Shown: in pieces, positions 36,567 through 46,259 of the stretch | How positions within the stretch are numbered: the first letter of the stretch is position 1 | Layout of the letters: every line of letters begins with the position of its first letter | Source: Mycoplasma sp. CAG:611 | GTDB taxonomy: Bacteria > Bacillota_I > Bacilli_A > RF39 > UBA660 | Direction: 5' to 3' | Assembly: GCA_000434175.1 (NCBI GenBank) | Contig: HF999800.1 | Location: 60,947-116,462 of the forward strand | DNA length: 55,516 nt | Translations under genes and position numbers: made by a program | The notes under the pieces: generated by a model | What the model saw: only the letters and a program-made list of their open reading frames with translations | What the model was told of the DNA's origin: nothing | Databases searched by the model: none

Positions 36567-37971
36567 TACTTATCAAATATTAAATTATTTTGCTTCAACT
36601 GATAGATATAAAATAATTTTAATTTTAACAATTATTCTTTGTTTATATGGAAGTTTTGCTCTTGGACTTAATACAACATTTTCTTCTTCTGTACTTAATA
36701 CTTTTATGTTCGATATTTTTAATATATTTATGTTTTTAATATTATTTATTAATACTCTTAATATATGTACAACTTTTGATAATGAATTTTCTTTTTATAT
36801 AATAAGATTAAATAATAAAAAAAGATACATAAAAGAATTATTAAAAAATGTTTTAATATTTAATATCTTACATTTAACCATCTTTTTTCTTATATATTTT
36901 ACAATTAAATGCTTTCTGACATATGAACCTGGAAGTTATACATTATATCAAAACTATAATATAACAAACAATTTATATTTAATATTCTATTTAGGAAGAT
37001 ACATAATTTTAAGTTTATTATTTTGTCTAATTGAAAGTTTAATTTATATTAATTTTAAAACAAAAATAGTTTGTATATTTAACTCATTATTTATCATGGG
37101 ATTTTTACTTTCAAGTTCAAGTGATATGATTTATAATAAATTTTTAATTTTTCCTTGGAGTTATTTTAATAATATAAAATATAGTTCATTTTCTATGGAA
37201 GTTTTATATTCATGTATTTATATATTAATTTTATTAATAATATCACTTTTATTATATAAGTTTATTTTAAAAAAGAATAAAAATATAAATAATATAAGAT
37301 ATATTTTCTTTACTGACATTTTGTATTTGTTAAAAAAAAGAAAAAGAATTTTGTTATTATTTTTACTATTTCCAATTGTTACAACATTTATAAATGTAAA
37401 TATGGATTTATCTTTTATAAGTATTGTAAATACTTCAATGGGAACTAATATTATATTAAAAGAATCTGGTCCACTTGAAATATGTATGTATTTACTAAAT
37501 ATTGGAATAATAGCTTTTTTAATAACGGATTTATTTATAAGAGATATTAAATATAGTTTAGATAATATATTTTTAAGAACAAATATGTTAACATGGTTTA
37601 TTGATAAAGTCATTATATTTTTAATTTTTAGTTTTATTTTAAAAATATTGCAATACGTTTTAGTAGTTATAATTTTATTAATAAATAATAAAGTGTTTGA
37701 TAGTAATATTATTAATTTAATGTTAGCAGATTATTTTTACACATCTTTAGTAGGATTCATTTTCTTATTAATGTATATTTTATTTATTACATTAAATAAA
37801 ACAAAATTTTTACCTATAATAGGTGGAATACTTTTAATTATTGTGCTACCTAAAAGTATTTGGAGTTTAAAATGTTATATAATTTACATGATAGTTATAT
37901 TAATATTAATAATTACTATAATAAGTAAAATAATTAAGAATAAAAATAAAAAAATATTTGAAAATTTATAA
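36547..37971 (+). CDS. large polytopic membrane protein, probable second ABC-2 permease
   Basis: GTG start overlapping the upstream gene by 20 nt. At least 10 hydrophobic helices appear to form two permease-like halves. Confidence 0.5.
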   Translation: MKNKTHNTYQILNYFASTDRYKIILILTIILCLYGSFALGLNTTFSSSVLNTFMFDIFNIFMFLILFINTLNICTTFDNEFSFYIIRLNNKKRYIKELLKNVLIFNILHLTIFFLIYFTIKCFLTYEPGSYTLYQNYNITNNLYLIFYLGRYIILSLLFCLIESLIYINFKTKIVCIFNSLFIMGFLLSSSSDMIYNKFLIFPWSYFNNIKYSSFSMEVLYSCIYILILLIISLLLYKFILKKNKNINNIRYIFFTDILYLLKKRKRILLLFLLFPIVTTFINVNMDLSFISIVNTSMGTNIILKESGPLEICMYLLNIGIIAFLITDLFIRDIKYSLDNIFLRTNMLTWFIDKVIIFLIFSFILKILQYVLVVIILLINNKVFDSNIINLMLADYFYTSLVGFIFLLMYILFITLNKTKFLPIIGGILLIIVLPKSIWSLKCYIIYMIVILILIITIISKIIKNKNKKIFENL

Positions 37972-37983
37972 AGGAGAATAAAT

Positions 37984-38622
37984 ATGAAATTGGAAATAAA
38001 AAATTTATCTAAAAAGTTTAAAGATGTATATGTATTAAAAGATATTAATTTAACATTTGAAAGTGGAAAAATATATGGCTTTACAGGAAGAAATGGAAGT
38101 GGAAAAAGTGTATTATTGAAAATAATATGTGGATTTTATACTCCAACAAGTGGAGAAGTTTTATTAGACAATTATAATTATATTTTAAATAATGATTTTC
38201 CTAAAAGTACAAGATGTTTAATTGAAAAGCCTAATTTTTTGCCTGATTTGACGGGATATGAAAATCTTAAACTACTTGCATCAATTGAAAATAAAATTGG
38301 AGATAAAGAAATAATGGATACTATAGAAAAATTAAACTTAAAAGAAGAAATAAATAAAAAATATAGTAAATATTCATTAGGAACAAAACAAAAATTAGGT
38401 ATAGCACAAGTCTTAATGGAAGATCCAAAGTTAATTGTATTAGATGAGCCATTAAATGGTATAGAAAATGAAACAGCAAAAGAGGTAAGAAAAATATTAA
38501 ATGAAGAAAAGAAAAAAGATAAAATAATAATTGTTGCTTCTCATATAAAAGAAGATATAGATACTTTAGCAGATGTTGTTTATAATATTGATAATGGTAT
38601 TGTAGAAAAAATAAAGGGATAA
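37984..38622 (+). CDS. ABC transporter ATP-binding protein
   Basis: Walker A GRNGSGKS, degenerate signature SLGTKQK, Walker B LIVLDEP, and an H-loop (ASH). Confidence 0.9.
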   Translation: MKLEIKNLSKKFKDVYVLKDINLTFESGKIYGFTGRNGSGKSVLLKIICGFYTPTSGEVLLDNYNYILNNDFPKSTRCLIEKPNFLPDLTGYENLKLLASIENKIGDKEIMDTIEKLNLKEEINKKYSKYSLGTKQKLGIAQVLMEDPKLIVLDEPLNGIENETAKEVRKILNEEKKKDKIIIVASHIKEDIDTLADVVYNIDNGIVEKIKG

Positions 38623-38635
38623 AATTAAATTTTAA

Positions 38636-38664
38636 TTGACAAAAGCCTAACTTTCTCATATAAT
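38636..38664 (+). promoter_or_regulatory. consensus sigmaA promoter of rpmH
   Basis: TTGACA, a 17-nt spacer, then TATAAT, all perfect. It lies 42 nt upstream of the rpmH ATG. Confidence 0.75.
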
Positions 38665-38705
38665 TAGTAAATGAAAAAGGCAATTTAGTTTGGAGGTGCA
38701 AAAGA

Positions 38706-38831
38706 ATGAAAAAAGGAACATTTCAACCTAATAATCGTAGAAAAGCAAAAAAACATGGTTTTTTCTCACGTATGAAATCAGGTATTGTTAATAAAAGAAG
38801 AGCTAAAGGAAGAAAAAAATTATCAAAATAA
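38706..38831 (+). CDS. rpmH: 50S ribosomal protein L34
   Basis: Reads [41 protein letters not shown] (41 aa). GGAGG RBS. It is absent from the ORF track because it is too short. Confidence 0.93.
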   Translation: MKKGTFQPNNRRKAKKHGFFSRMKSGIVNKRRAKGRKKLSK

Positions 38832-38833
38832 TA

Positions 38834-38855
38834 CCACTTGAAAAAAGTGGTTTTT
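38834..38855 (+). terminator. hairpin plus T-run between rpmH and rnpA (terminator/attenuator)
   Basis: CCACTT-gaaaa-AAGTGG followed by TTTTT. Confidence 0.5.
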
Positions 38856-38874
38856 CTGTATAAAGAGGTAATTT

Positions 38875-39219
38875 ATGAAAAAAAAGAATATTGTAAAAAA
38901 TAAAGAGGATTTTACTAGAATAATAAATAAGAAAAATGGTTATGTAAATAAATATTTTATTATTAATGAAGAAGTAAATAATGATTTAATGCCAAAGTTT
39001 GGAATTACTTTTATTAAAAATATGTGTAATGCTGTTAATAGAAATAAACTTAAACGCCAAATAAAATCTATTATAGATAATAATAAAAATATATATGAAA
39101 ATAATAAAAATTATATTATAATTATAAGAAAGGACGCATTAAATAAATCTTATAAAGAACTTGAAGATAATTTAATATCCTTATTTAATAAATTAAAGGA
39201 GAAGAAAGATGAAAAATAA
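38875..39219 (+). CDS. rnpA: ribonuclease P protein component
   Basis: 114-aa basic protein with an RNR-like motif (NRNKLKRQIK), directly after rpmH. Confidence 0.85.
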   Translation: MKKKNIVKNKEDFTRIINKKNGYVNKYFIINEEVNNDLMPKFGITFIKNMCNAVNRNKLKRQIKSIIDNNKNIYENNKNYIIIIRKDALNKSYKELEDNLISLFNKLKEKKDEK

Positions 39220-40135
39220 GAAGAAGATATTTATTATAATACTTATGATATTTATGTTATGTGGATGTACTAAAGTATTAAAAGATGAAAACAATAAAGT
39301 AGTAGTTAGTCCTACAACAGGACAAAATGTTACAGAAAATATTTTATGTAAACCAACAAGTGAAGAAATGTTAAAAATATATGAAGAAAATAAAGTTGAT
39401 ATATCAAAACTTCCTGACTGTAAAGATATGAAAGTAACAGGAAAATATGAAAGTATTTGGAATAGTATTTTTGTTAGACCACTAGCATGGTTAATTGTAA
39501 AACTTGGCGAAGTAGTTAATTCAACTGGACTGGCAATTATTTTAATTACAATAGGAATAAGAATTCTTTTATTTCCTGTAACACAAAAAACTGCAATGCA
39601 ATCTGAAAATATGAAAAAAGCTCAACCAGAACTTGCTAGACTTGAAAAGAAATATGAAAATAAACAAGATCAAGAATCTATGATGAAAAAATCACAAGAA
39701 ATGATGGCTATTTATAAAAAATATAATATAAGCCCAATGGCAGGATGTATATTTGCCTTCTTGCAAATACCGCTACTATTTGCTTTTCTTGAAGCAATAA
39801 ATAGAATTCCTGCAATATTTGAAGAAAATTTCTTAGGTATTTTCCAAATGGGTACTACCCCACTTGTAGCGTTAAGAAATGGTGATTGGTATTATTTAAT
39901 ATTATTAGTATTAATCGTAGCTACAACATTTATATCATTTAAAATGAATAAATCTGTTGCTAACCCTGAATTAGAAAAGCAAACAAAAGGTATGATGTAT
40001 TTCATGATAATATTTATTGGTATTATGGGATTCTCACTATCTAGTGCTATAGCAGTTTATTGGATTACATCATCAGTATTTACTATTTTACAAAATGTTT
40101 ATACTGATATAATAAAAAAAAGGGCAAATAATTAA
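39209..40135 (+). CDS. yidC: membrane protein insertase YidC/SpoIIIJ (lipoprotein)
   Basis: Lipobox LMLCGC, and 60-kDa insertase core motifs (GLAIILITIGIRILLFP, M..LQPEL, KYNISPMAGC, PLLFAF). Confidence 0.9.
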   Translation: MKNKKKIFIIILMIFMLCGCTKVLKDENNKVVVSPTTGQNVTENILCKPTSEEMLKIYEENKVDISKLPDCKDMKVTGKYESIWNSIFVRPLAWLIVKLGEVVNSTGLAIILITIGIRILLFPVTQKTAMQSENMKKAQPELARLEKKYENKQDQESMMKKSQEMMAIYKKYNISPMAGCIFAFLQIPLLFAFLEAINRIPAIFEENFLGIFQMGTTPLVALRNGDWYYLILLVLIVATTFISFKMNKSVANPELEKQTKGMMYFMIIFIGIMGFSLSSAIAVYWITSSVFTILQNVYTDIIKKRANN

Positions 40136-40154
40136 TTATTAGGAGAGTTGTATT

Positions 40155-40766
40155 ATGAAAAAAGAAATTTTTGAAGAACAACATTTAGTGGAGGCAAAAG
40201 AAGAAGCGTTTAAAAAAATGAATATGAAGGAAGAAGACTTAATAATAAGAATATGTGATAAAAGTGAAAAAGAAAACCCTGATATGTGTGTAATTGAAGT
40301 TTACCAAAAAGATGAATTAACACAAAAGATAAAAGATTTTTTAATTGATATAATTAGTGATATGGGTGTTAATTGTAATATTGAAACTAAAACAAGAAAT
40401 GATTTATTTTATTTAAATATTTTAAGTAATAAAAATGAAGTATTAATTGGTAAATCAGGAGTTGTTTTAGATGCCATTCAAACTTTAGTAAATGAAGTAG
40501 TAAGAACTAATATAAAAATGAATTATAAAATTGTAATTGATGTTGCAGATTATAAACTTGCTAAACAAAAAAGAATAGAACATATTGCTAAAATGGCTGC
40601 GAAATCTGTAGGAAAAACTAAAATTGAAGTTAGTTTAGATCCAATGAATTCTTATGCAAGAAGAATAGTACATAATACACTTGCAAACAGTAGAGATGTT
40701 TATACTGAAAGTTTTGGAGAAGAACCAAATAGATATGTAGTAATAAAACCAAAAAAACTAAAATAA
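40155..40766 (+). CDS. jag: Jag/KhpB RNA-binding protein (KH plus R3H domains)
   Basis: C-terminal R3H motif (MNSYARRIVHNTL), a KH-like GKSG motif, and a position after yidC. Confidence 0.85.
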   Translation: MKKEIFEEQHLVEAKEEAFKKMNMKEEDLIIRICDKSEKENPDMCVIEVYQKDELTQKIKDFLIDIISDMGVNCNIETKTRNDLFYLNILSNKNEVLIGKSGVVLDAIQTLVNEVVRTNIKMNYKIVIDVADYKLAKQKRIEHIAKMAAKSVGKTKIEVSLDPMNSYARRIVHNTLANSRDVYTESFGEEPNRYVVIKPKKLK

Positions 40767-40767
40767 G

Positions 40768-40792
40768 AAGGTTACATTTTGTAATCTTTTTT
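40768..40792 (+). terminator. intrinsic terminator after jag
   Basis: GGTTACA-ttt-TGTAATC stem with one G-T pair, followed by T6. Confidence 0.5.
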
Positions 40793-40801
40793 AAGTTTTA
40801 C

Positions 40802-40830
40802 TTGATATTTTTATAAAAAGATAATATAAT
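40802..40830 (+). promoter_or_regulatory. sigmaA promoter of mnmE
   Basis: TTGATA, a 17-nt spacer, then TATAAT. Confidence 0.55.
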
Positions 40831-40856
40831 TAAGGCACGAAAAAGAAGGTGTATTT

Positions 40857-42209
40857 ATGAATGATACAATTGCAGCTATATCTACTAGTCTTGGTATTGG
40901 GGCGATAGCTATAGTAAGAGTAAGTGGAAAAGATGCTATAAAAATAGTTGATAAAATATTTTCAAGAGATTTATTAAAACAAGATAGTCATACTATTTCA
41001 TATGGTTATATAAAAGATAATGATGAAGTACTTGATGAAGTTTTAGTTAGTGTTATGAAATCCCCTAAAACATTTACAACCGAAGATATCGTAGAAATAA
41101 ATTGTCATGGTGGTATAATTACAACACAAAAAATACTAGAGCTATTACTTAAAAATGGTTGTAGATTAGCAGAACCAGGCGAATTTACTAAAAGAGCATT
41201 TTTAAATGGTCGAATAGATTTTACTAAATCTCGTGCTATTATGGATTTAATTACAACAAAAAGTGAAAGTGCAAGAAAAATAGCAATATCTAATTTACAA
41301 GGAAATACAACATCTAAAATTCAAGAATTAAGAAAAAAATTAGTATCAATTATATCAAATATTGAAGTAAATATTGATTATCCTGAATATCTTGATATTG
41401 AAGTGATGACAAAAGAAAAAATAAGAAAATCCCTTGATGATATAAAAATTTCACTTGATAAAATAATTAATAATAGTAAAAATTCTAAATTAATAAAAGA
41501 AGGTATTAATGTATCTATTATAGGACGTCCTAATGTAGGAAAAAGCAGTATTTTAAATAAATTAATAAAAGAAGATAAAGCAATTGTAACTTCTATTGCA
41601 GGTACAACTCGTGATACAGTTGAAGGAAGTGTTATATTAGATGGTATACAACTTAATTTTATAGATACTGCAGGAATTAGAAAAACAACTGATATCGTAG
41701 AACAAGTTGGGGTAGAAAAATCACTTAAAACAATTGAAGAAGTAGATCTTGTTATAGTGGTGTTAAATAATAATGAAAAATTAACAAATGAAGATATAGA
41801 TATTTTAGAAAAAACTAAAGATAAAAAAAGAATAATTGTTATAAATAAAAATGATTTATTAAATAAATTAGATATATCTAAAATAAAAGATAATAATATT
41901 ATTTATACAAATACTTTAAATTACGAAGGAATAGAAAGTTTAACTTCCAAAATAAAAGAAATGTTTAATATGGAACTTCTTGATGTTAAAGATTTTAATT
42001 ATGTAAGTAATGTTGAACAATTAAATAGATTATATGATGCTAAAAAATCTCTTGAAGATGTAGAAAAAGGGTTAAATAATAATTTACCTATAGATATGAT
42101 AGAAATAGATTTAAAAAATATTTGGACTATTTTAGGAGAAATAATTGGAGAAACATATACTGATGAACTTCTTGATAATTTATTTAGAGATTTTTGTGTA
42201 GGAAAGTAA
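40857..42209 (+). CDS. mnmE: tRNA modification GTPase MnmE
   Basis: DTIAAISTS start, G1 motif GRPNVGKSS, DTAGIR, NKND, and a C-terminal FCVGK. Confidence 0.96.
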   Translation: MNDTIAAISTSLGIGAIAIVRVSGKDAIKIVDKIFSRDLLKQDSHTISYGYIKDNDEVLDEVLVSVMKSPKTFTTEDIVEINCHGGIITTQKILELLLKNGCRLAEPGEFTKRAFLNGRIDFTKSRAIMDLITTKSESARKIAISNLQGNTTSKIQELRKKLVSIISNIEVNIDYPEYLDIEVMTKEKIRKSLDDIKISLDKIINNSKNSKLIKEGINVSIIGRPNVGKSSILNKLIKEDKAIVTSIAGTTRDTVEGSVILDGIQLNFIDTAGIRKTTDIVEQVGVEKSLKTIEEVDLVIVVLNNNEKLTNEDIDILEKTKDKKRIIVINKNDLLNKLDISKIKDNNIIYTNTLNYEGIESLTSKIKEMFNMELLDVKDFNYVSNVEQLNRLYDAKKSLEDVEKGLNNNLPIDMIEIDLKNIWTILGEIIGETYTDELLDNLFRDFCVGK

Positions 42210-42240
42210 AATTTAGGTTTTACTTTTTTTTATATAAATA

Positions 42241-42269
42241 TTGAATTTTAATATATTTAATAGTATAAT
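42241..42269 (+). promoter_or_regulatory. sigmaA promoter of mnmG
   Basis: TTGAAT, a 17-nt spacer, then TATAAT. Confidence 0.55.
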
Positions 42270-42296
42270 ACGAAAAGGAAAAAAGAAGGTGTAATT

Positions 42297-44156
42297 ATGA
42301 ATTATGATGTAATAGTTGTAGGAGGAGGTCATGCTGGTTGTGAAGCATGCCTTGCTAGTAGTAGAATGAACCACCCTACTTTATTAATAACAGGAAATAT
42401 AAATAATATTGCAGATACGCCATGTAATCCTTCAATTGGTGGGCCTGCTAAGGGTAATGTTGTCCGTGAAATAGACGCTTTAGGAGGAGAAATGGGAAGA
42501 AATACTGATAAAAGTATTCTTCAAATAAAAAAACTTAATACAAAAAAAGGTCCTGCAGTTTGGGCTTTAAGAGCACAAATAGACAAAATTGATTATCATA
42601 AAAATATGCTTAAAACAATAAATAATCAAGAAAATTTAACAGTAAAAGAAGGAATGGTTGAAGATTTACTTATTAAAAATAATAAGATTTATGGAATAAA
42701 ATTATCAACTGGTGAAGAAATATATGGAAAATGTGTTATTTTAACAACAGGAACATATATGAAAGGTCAAATTTTACGTGGAAGTAGTAAACATTCAGGT
42801 GGTCCACATGGGGAAAAACCTTCATTATTTTTAAGTGATAATTTAAAAAAATTAGGATTTACAATAAAAAGACTTAAAACTGGAACTCCTCCAAGAATAG
42901 AAAAAGCAACAATTGATTATACAAATGCCCTACTTCAACCTGGAGATACTACCCCTATTACATTTTCACATTTAAATAAAGTTTATTATGATGTTTTAAA
43001 TCAAGAAGACTGTTATTTAATATATACTACTCCTACTACGCATGAAATAATAAAAGAGAATCTTGAAAAATCAAGTATGTATGGTGGTTATGTTGAAGGA
43101 ATTGGACCAAGATATTGTCCTTCAATTGAAGATAAAATAGTTCGTTTTAGTGATAAAGAAAGACATCAATTATTTTTAGAACCAGAAAGTAAATATTACG
43201 ATGATATATATTTACAAGGATTTTCTACAAGTATGCCTGAAGATATTCAAGAAAAAATGGTTCATTCTTTACCAGGATTAGAAAAAGCTAAAATATTAAA
43301 ATATGCTTATGCTATTGAATATGATGCAATTGATCCATTACAATTAAAACAAAGTCTTGAAACAAAAATAATTGAAAATCTTTATACAGCAGGTCAAATA
43401 AATGGAACAAGTGGTTATGAAGAAGCAGCATGTCAAGGTTTAATCGCAGGTATTAATGCATCTTTAAAACTTGAAAATAAAGAACCTTTAGTTTTAAAAA
43501 GAAATGAAGCTTATATTGGAGTATTAATAGATGACCTTGTAACAAAAGGTGTAGAAGATCCATATCGTTTATTAACATCTCGTAGTGAATATCGTTTACT
43601 TTTAAGAAATGATAATGCTGATTTAAGATTATCTAAATATGGTAAAAAATTAGGACTTTTAAGTGATGAGCAATATAATAAATTTATAGAAAAAGAACAA
43701 AATATTGAAGAATTAATAAATTATTTAAAAAATAATTATCTTACACCAAAAAAAGTAACAAATGAATATTTAGAAAGCATAAATACTCCTACATTAAAAG
43801 ATAGAATATCTTTATATGATATTTTAAAAAGACCTGAAGTAAGTTATGAAGACATAAAAGAATTTATTCCAAAATCATATGATCTTGAAGTAATTGATGA
43901 AGTTGAAATTAATATAAAATATGATGGATATATCAAAAAACAAGAAAAAGAAGCAGAAAAAATGCTTGAATATGAAAATGTTTCAATTCCTGAAGATTTT
44001 AATTATTTAAATATTCAAAATTTAGCTCTTGAAGCAAGAGAAAAATTAAATAAAATACGCCCTACTTCAATAGGTCAAGCTATGCGTATAAGTGGTGTTA
44101 ATCCTGCTGATATATCTATTTTAATGATAGAACTTAAAAGGAGAAAATATGAATAA
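42297..44156 (+). CDS. mnmG: tRNA uridine 5-carboxymethylaminomethyl modification enzyme MnmG
   Basis: [18 protein letters not shown] motif, [11 protein letters not shown], and [12 protein letters not shown]. Confidence 0.97.
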   Translation: MNYDVIVVGGGHAGCEACLASSRMNHPTLLITGNINNIADTPCNPSIGGPAKGNVVREIDALGGEMGRNTDKSILQIKKLNTKKGPAVWALRAQIDKIDYHKNMLKTINNQENLTVKEGMVEDLLIKNNKIYGIKLSTGEEIYGKCVILTTGTYMKGQILRGSSKHSGGPHGEKPSLFLSDNLKKLGFTIKRLKTGTPPRIEKATIDYTNALLQPGDTTPITFSHLNKVYYDVLNQEDCYLIYTTPTTHEIIKENLEKSSMYGGYVEGIGPRYCPSIEDKIVRFSDKERHQLFLEPESKYYDDIYLQGFSTSMPEDIQEKMVHSLPGLEKAKILKYAYAIEYDAIDPLQLKQSLETKIIENLYTAGQINGTSGYEEAACQGLIAGINASLKLENKEPLVLKRNEAYIGVLIDDLVTKGVEDPYRLLTSRSEYRLLLRNDNADLRLSKYGKKLGLLSDEQYNKFIEKEQNIEELINYLKNNYLTPKKVTNEYLESINTPTLKDRISLYDILKRPEVSYEDIKEFIPKSYDLEVIDEVEINIKYDGYIKKQEKEAEKMLEYENVSIPEDFNYLNIQNLALEAREKLNKIRPTSIGQAMRISGVNPADISILMIELKRRKYE

Positions 44157-44847
44157 AGAATTATTTTTAGAAGAATTAAAAAAACTTGGTATTTTATTAA
44201 CTCCTAAACAAGAACAAGATTTAGATACATATTATAAACTTCTTATATCTTATAATAATAATGTTAATTTAACTGCTATAACAAAAGAAGAGGATGTTTA
44301 TTTAAAACACTTTTATGATTCACTTACCCTATTTAAAGGTATAGATTTAAAAGAAAATTTAAAAATATGTGATTTAGGAACAGGAGCAGGTTTTCCTGGA
44401 TTAGTTTTAAAAATAGTATTTCCTAATTTATCTATTACATTAGTAGATTCACTTGAAAAAAGAATAAAATTTCTTGATTTAGTAATAAAAGAATTAGAAT
44501 TAAAAAATATTAAAACAGTTCATTCAAGAATTGAAGAATTTAAAGAAATAGAAGCATTTGATGTAGTTGTTAGTAGAGCTGTAGCAAAAATAAATATTCT
44601 TCTTGAACTTGGATGTAAGCTTCCTAAAGTTAATGGATTATTTGTTTTTATGAAAGGTAATATTTTAGAGGAATTAAAAAGTGCAAAGAATGCTTTAAAA
44701 GTACTAAATTATAGTTTAGAAAAAATAATTAATTTTAAATTACCAATTGAAGAAAGTGAAAGAAATATAGTCATTTTAAAACACACTTCCCCTACTTCAA
44801 ACAAATATCCAAGACAATTTTCAATAATAAAGAAAAAGCCATTGTAA
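44149..44847 (+). CDS. rsmG: 16S rRNA (guanine527-N7)-methyltransferase
   Basis: NLTAI...HFYDSL and [14 protein letters not shown] motifs. It overlaps the mnmG stop. Confidence 0.93.
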   Translation: MNKELFLEELKKLGILLTPKQEQDLDTYYKLLISYNNNVNLTAITKEEDVYLKHFYDSLTLFKGIDLKENLKICDLGTGAGFPGLVLKIVFPNLSITLVDSLEKRIKFLDLVIKELELKNIKTVHSRIEEFKEIEAFDVVVSRAVAKINILLELGCKLPKVNGLFVFMKGNILEELKSAKNALKVLNYSLEKIINFKLPIEESERNIVILKHTSPTSNKYPRQFSIIKKKPL

Positions 44848-44863
44848 AAATATGGCTTTTATT
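44835..44863. terminator. bidirectional terminator between convergent rsmG and Bro-N/DinD-like gene
   Basis: AAAGCCAT-(9 nt)-ATGGCTTT. The loop contains the rsmG stop codon, and A/T runs lie on both sides. Confidence 0.6.
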
Positions 44864-44868
44864 GTGTT

Positions 44869-45723
44869 TTATTTATTTTCTATCTTTAATACATCATCTA
44901 TATATTGGTAATTTAAAGCATTAGAATTTGTAACAATACTTTCTTGTAATTCGTTTTCTAAATTTTTTCTTGTATTTAATGCAATATTTCCACCACATCT
45001 TGCCACCTCAAGATTTTGTTTTAAACCAATAGGATTTTTCTTTTTAGTTATTTCTCTAGTTGCAATTTCTCCTAAATCTGAAAGGACGACTTCTATATCA
45101 CTCATGTTATCCCTTAATGATTCTTTCCTAAGACCTTTAAAAGCTTTATATTCACTAGCAGTCATACCAGACCACTTTTTATATATTTCATTTGTAAGAA
45201 TAGCATACTCACTTTCTTCAGTTACACCATGTTCATTCCAAACATCAGTAAGTTTTTTTCTATCTTGAATACTTTTAATTCTTCTTATTATCCATTCTTC
45301 TGGATATCCTTTTTTTCTATAAGTATCAATAGCTCTTTGTACAGTAAGTGAAGGATCAAATACTTCATTAATTCTTTCACTTCCAAGTTTAGCTAACCAC
45401 TGTTTAATTGGTTCAGCATTTTTTGATGGGATTGATTCAATTATTCTAAACATTCCCTCAATATCACATACATCAGTTATACGATATTTTCCATCTTGAG
45501 CTTTTAGTTTCAATTGGTGACAATTTGTCACCGTTTGATTTCCTTGTTGTTTTAATCTTTGTTTTAATTTATTCCAATATTTTCTTGGATTTTCACTTCC
45601 AGATAAAACTCCAACAACATCCACTACACTAACATAATATTTTTCTTGTTCTTTATCCCATACTGTTCTTATTGTTTCATTATTAAATAACTTATTTATA
45701 AAATGCATCTTGCTTTCTTCCAT
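44869..45723 (-). CDS. Bro-N domain / DinD (DNA-damage-inducible protein D)-like protein
   Basis: N-terminal IRTVWDKEQEKYYVSVVDVVGVLS fits a Bro-N fold. The C-terminal half (KGLRKESLRDNMSDIEVVLSDLGEIATRE...) resembles my memory of E. coli DinD (RKGLKKNQKILDHMGSTELAANLF). Confidence 0.55.
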   Translation of the reverse strand: MEESKMHFINKLFNNETIRTVWDKEQEKYYVSVVDVVGVLSGSENPRKYWNKLKQRLKQQGNQTVTNCHQLKLKAQDGKYRITDVCDIEGMFRIIESIPSKNAEPIKQWLAKLGSERINEVFDPSLTVQRAIDTYRKKGYPEEWIIRRIKSIQDRKKLTDVWNEHGVTEESEYAILTNEIYKKWSGMTASEYKAFKGLRKESLRDNMSDIEVVLSDLGEIATREITKKKNPIGLKQNLEVARCGGNIALNTRKNLENELQESIVTNSNALNYQYIDDVLKIENK

Positions 45724-45746
45724 AAAATCTCCAAACTTATCTTATT

Positions 45747-46082
45747 TTAATTATTGTCTTTCGCATCTAGATATATTTTCATAATCGAAGCAAATAAATC
45801 TTCTTTTTGAATATTTGTTAACTTTTTACTTTCAAATAATAACTTTGCTTTTTCAATTAAATCCATACAGCTATCAGTAGTTTCTGCCATTATAAAATAA
45901 GACATTTCAACATTAAAAAACTCACATATTTTTTCTAATTGATTTAAACTAAAATTTCTTTTTCCTTTTTCTAAATTAGAAATTTGTGCCCTACTTAAAT
46001 TTAATAAATTTGCTAAATCTTCTTGTTTTAAATTTCTTCTTTTTCTTAATAATTTTACTTTTTCACCTAAATTTTGTATCAT
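45747..46082 (-). CDS. XRE-family helix-turn-helix transcriptional regulator
   Basis: N-terminal Cro/C1 HTH (LRKRRNLKQEDLANLLNLSRAQISNLEKGKR). It lies immediately upstream of the Bro-N/DinD-like gene on the same strand. Confidence 0.85.
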   Translation of the reverse strand: MIQNLGEKVKLLRKRRNLKQEDLANLLNLSRAQISNLEKGKRNFSLNQLEKICEFFNVEMSYFIMAETTDSCMDLIEKAKLLFESKKLTNIQKEDLFASIMKIYLDAKDNN

Positions 46083-46259
46083 AGATCCTCCTTACATGTT
46101 AATCATACAATAAATGTTTCAAATAGTCAATTATAAAAGAATTAATTTAATTATAGTTTACAAAAATATTTAAAAATACCCTTGTAAAAATATAATTTAT
46201 TTTGTATAATGATAACATAGGGATTTTATATTATAAAAGAATAGAAAGAGGGAGTTTTT

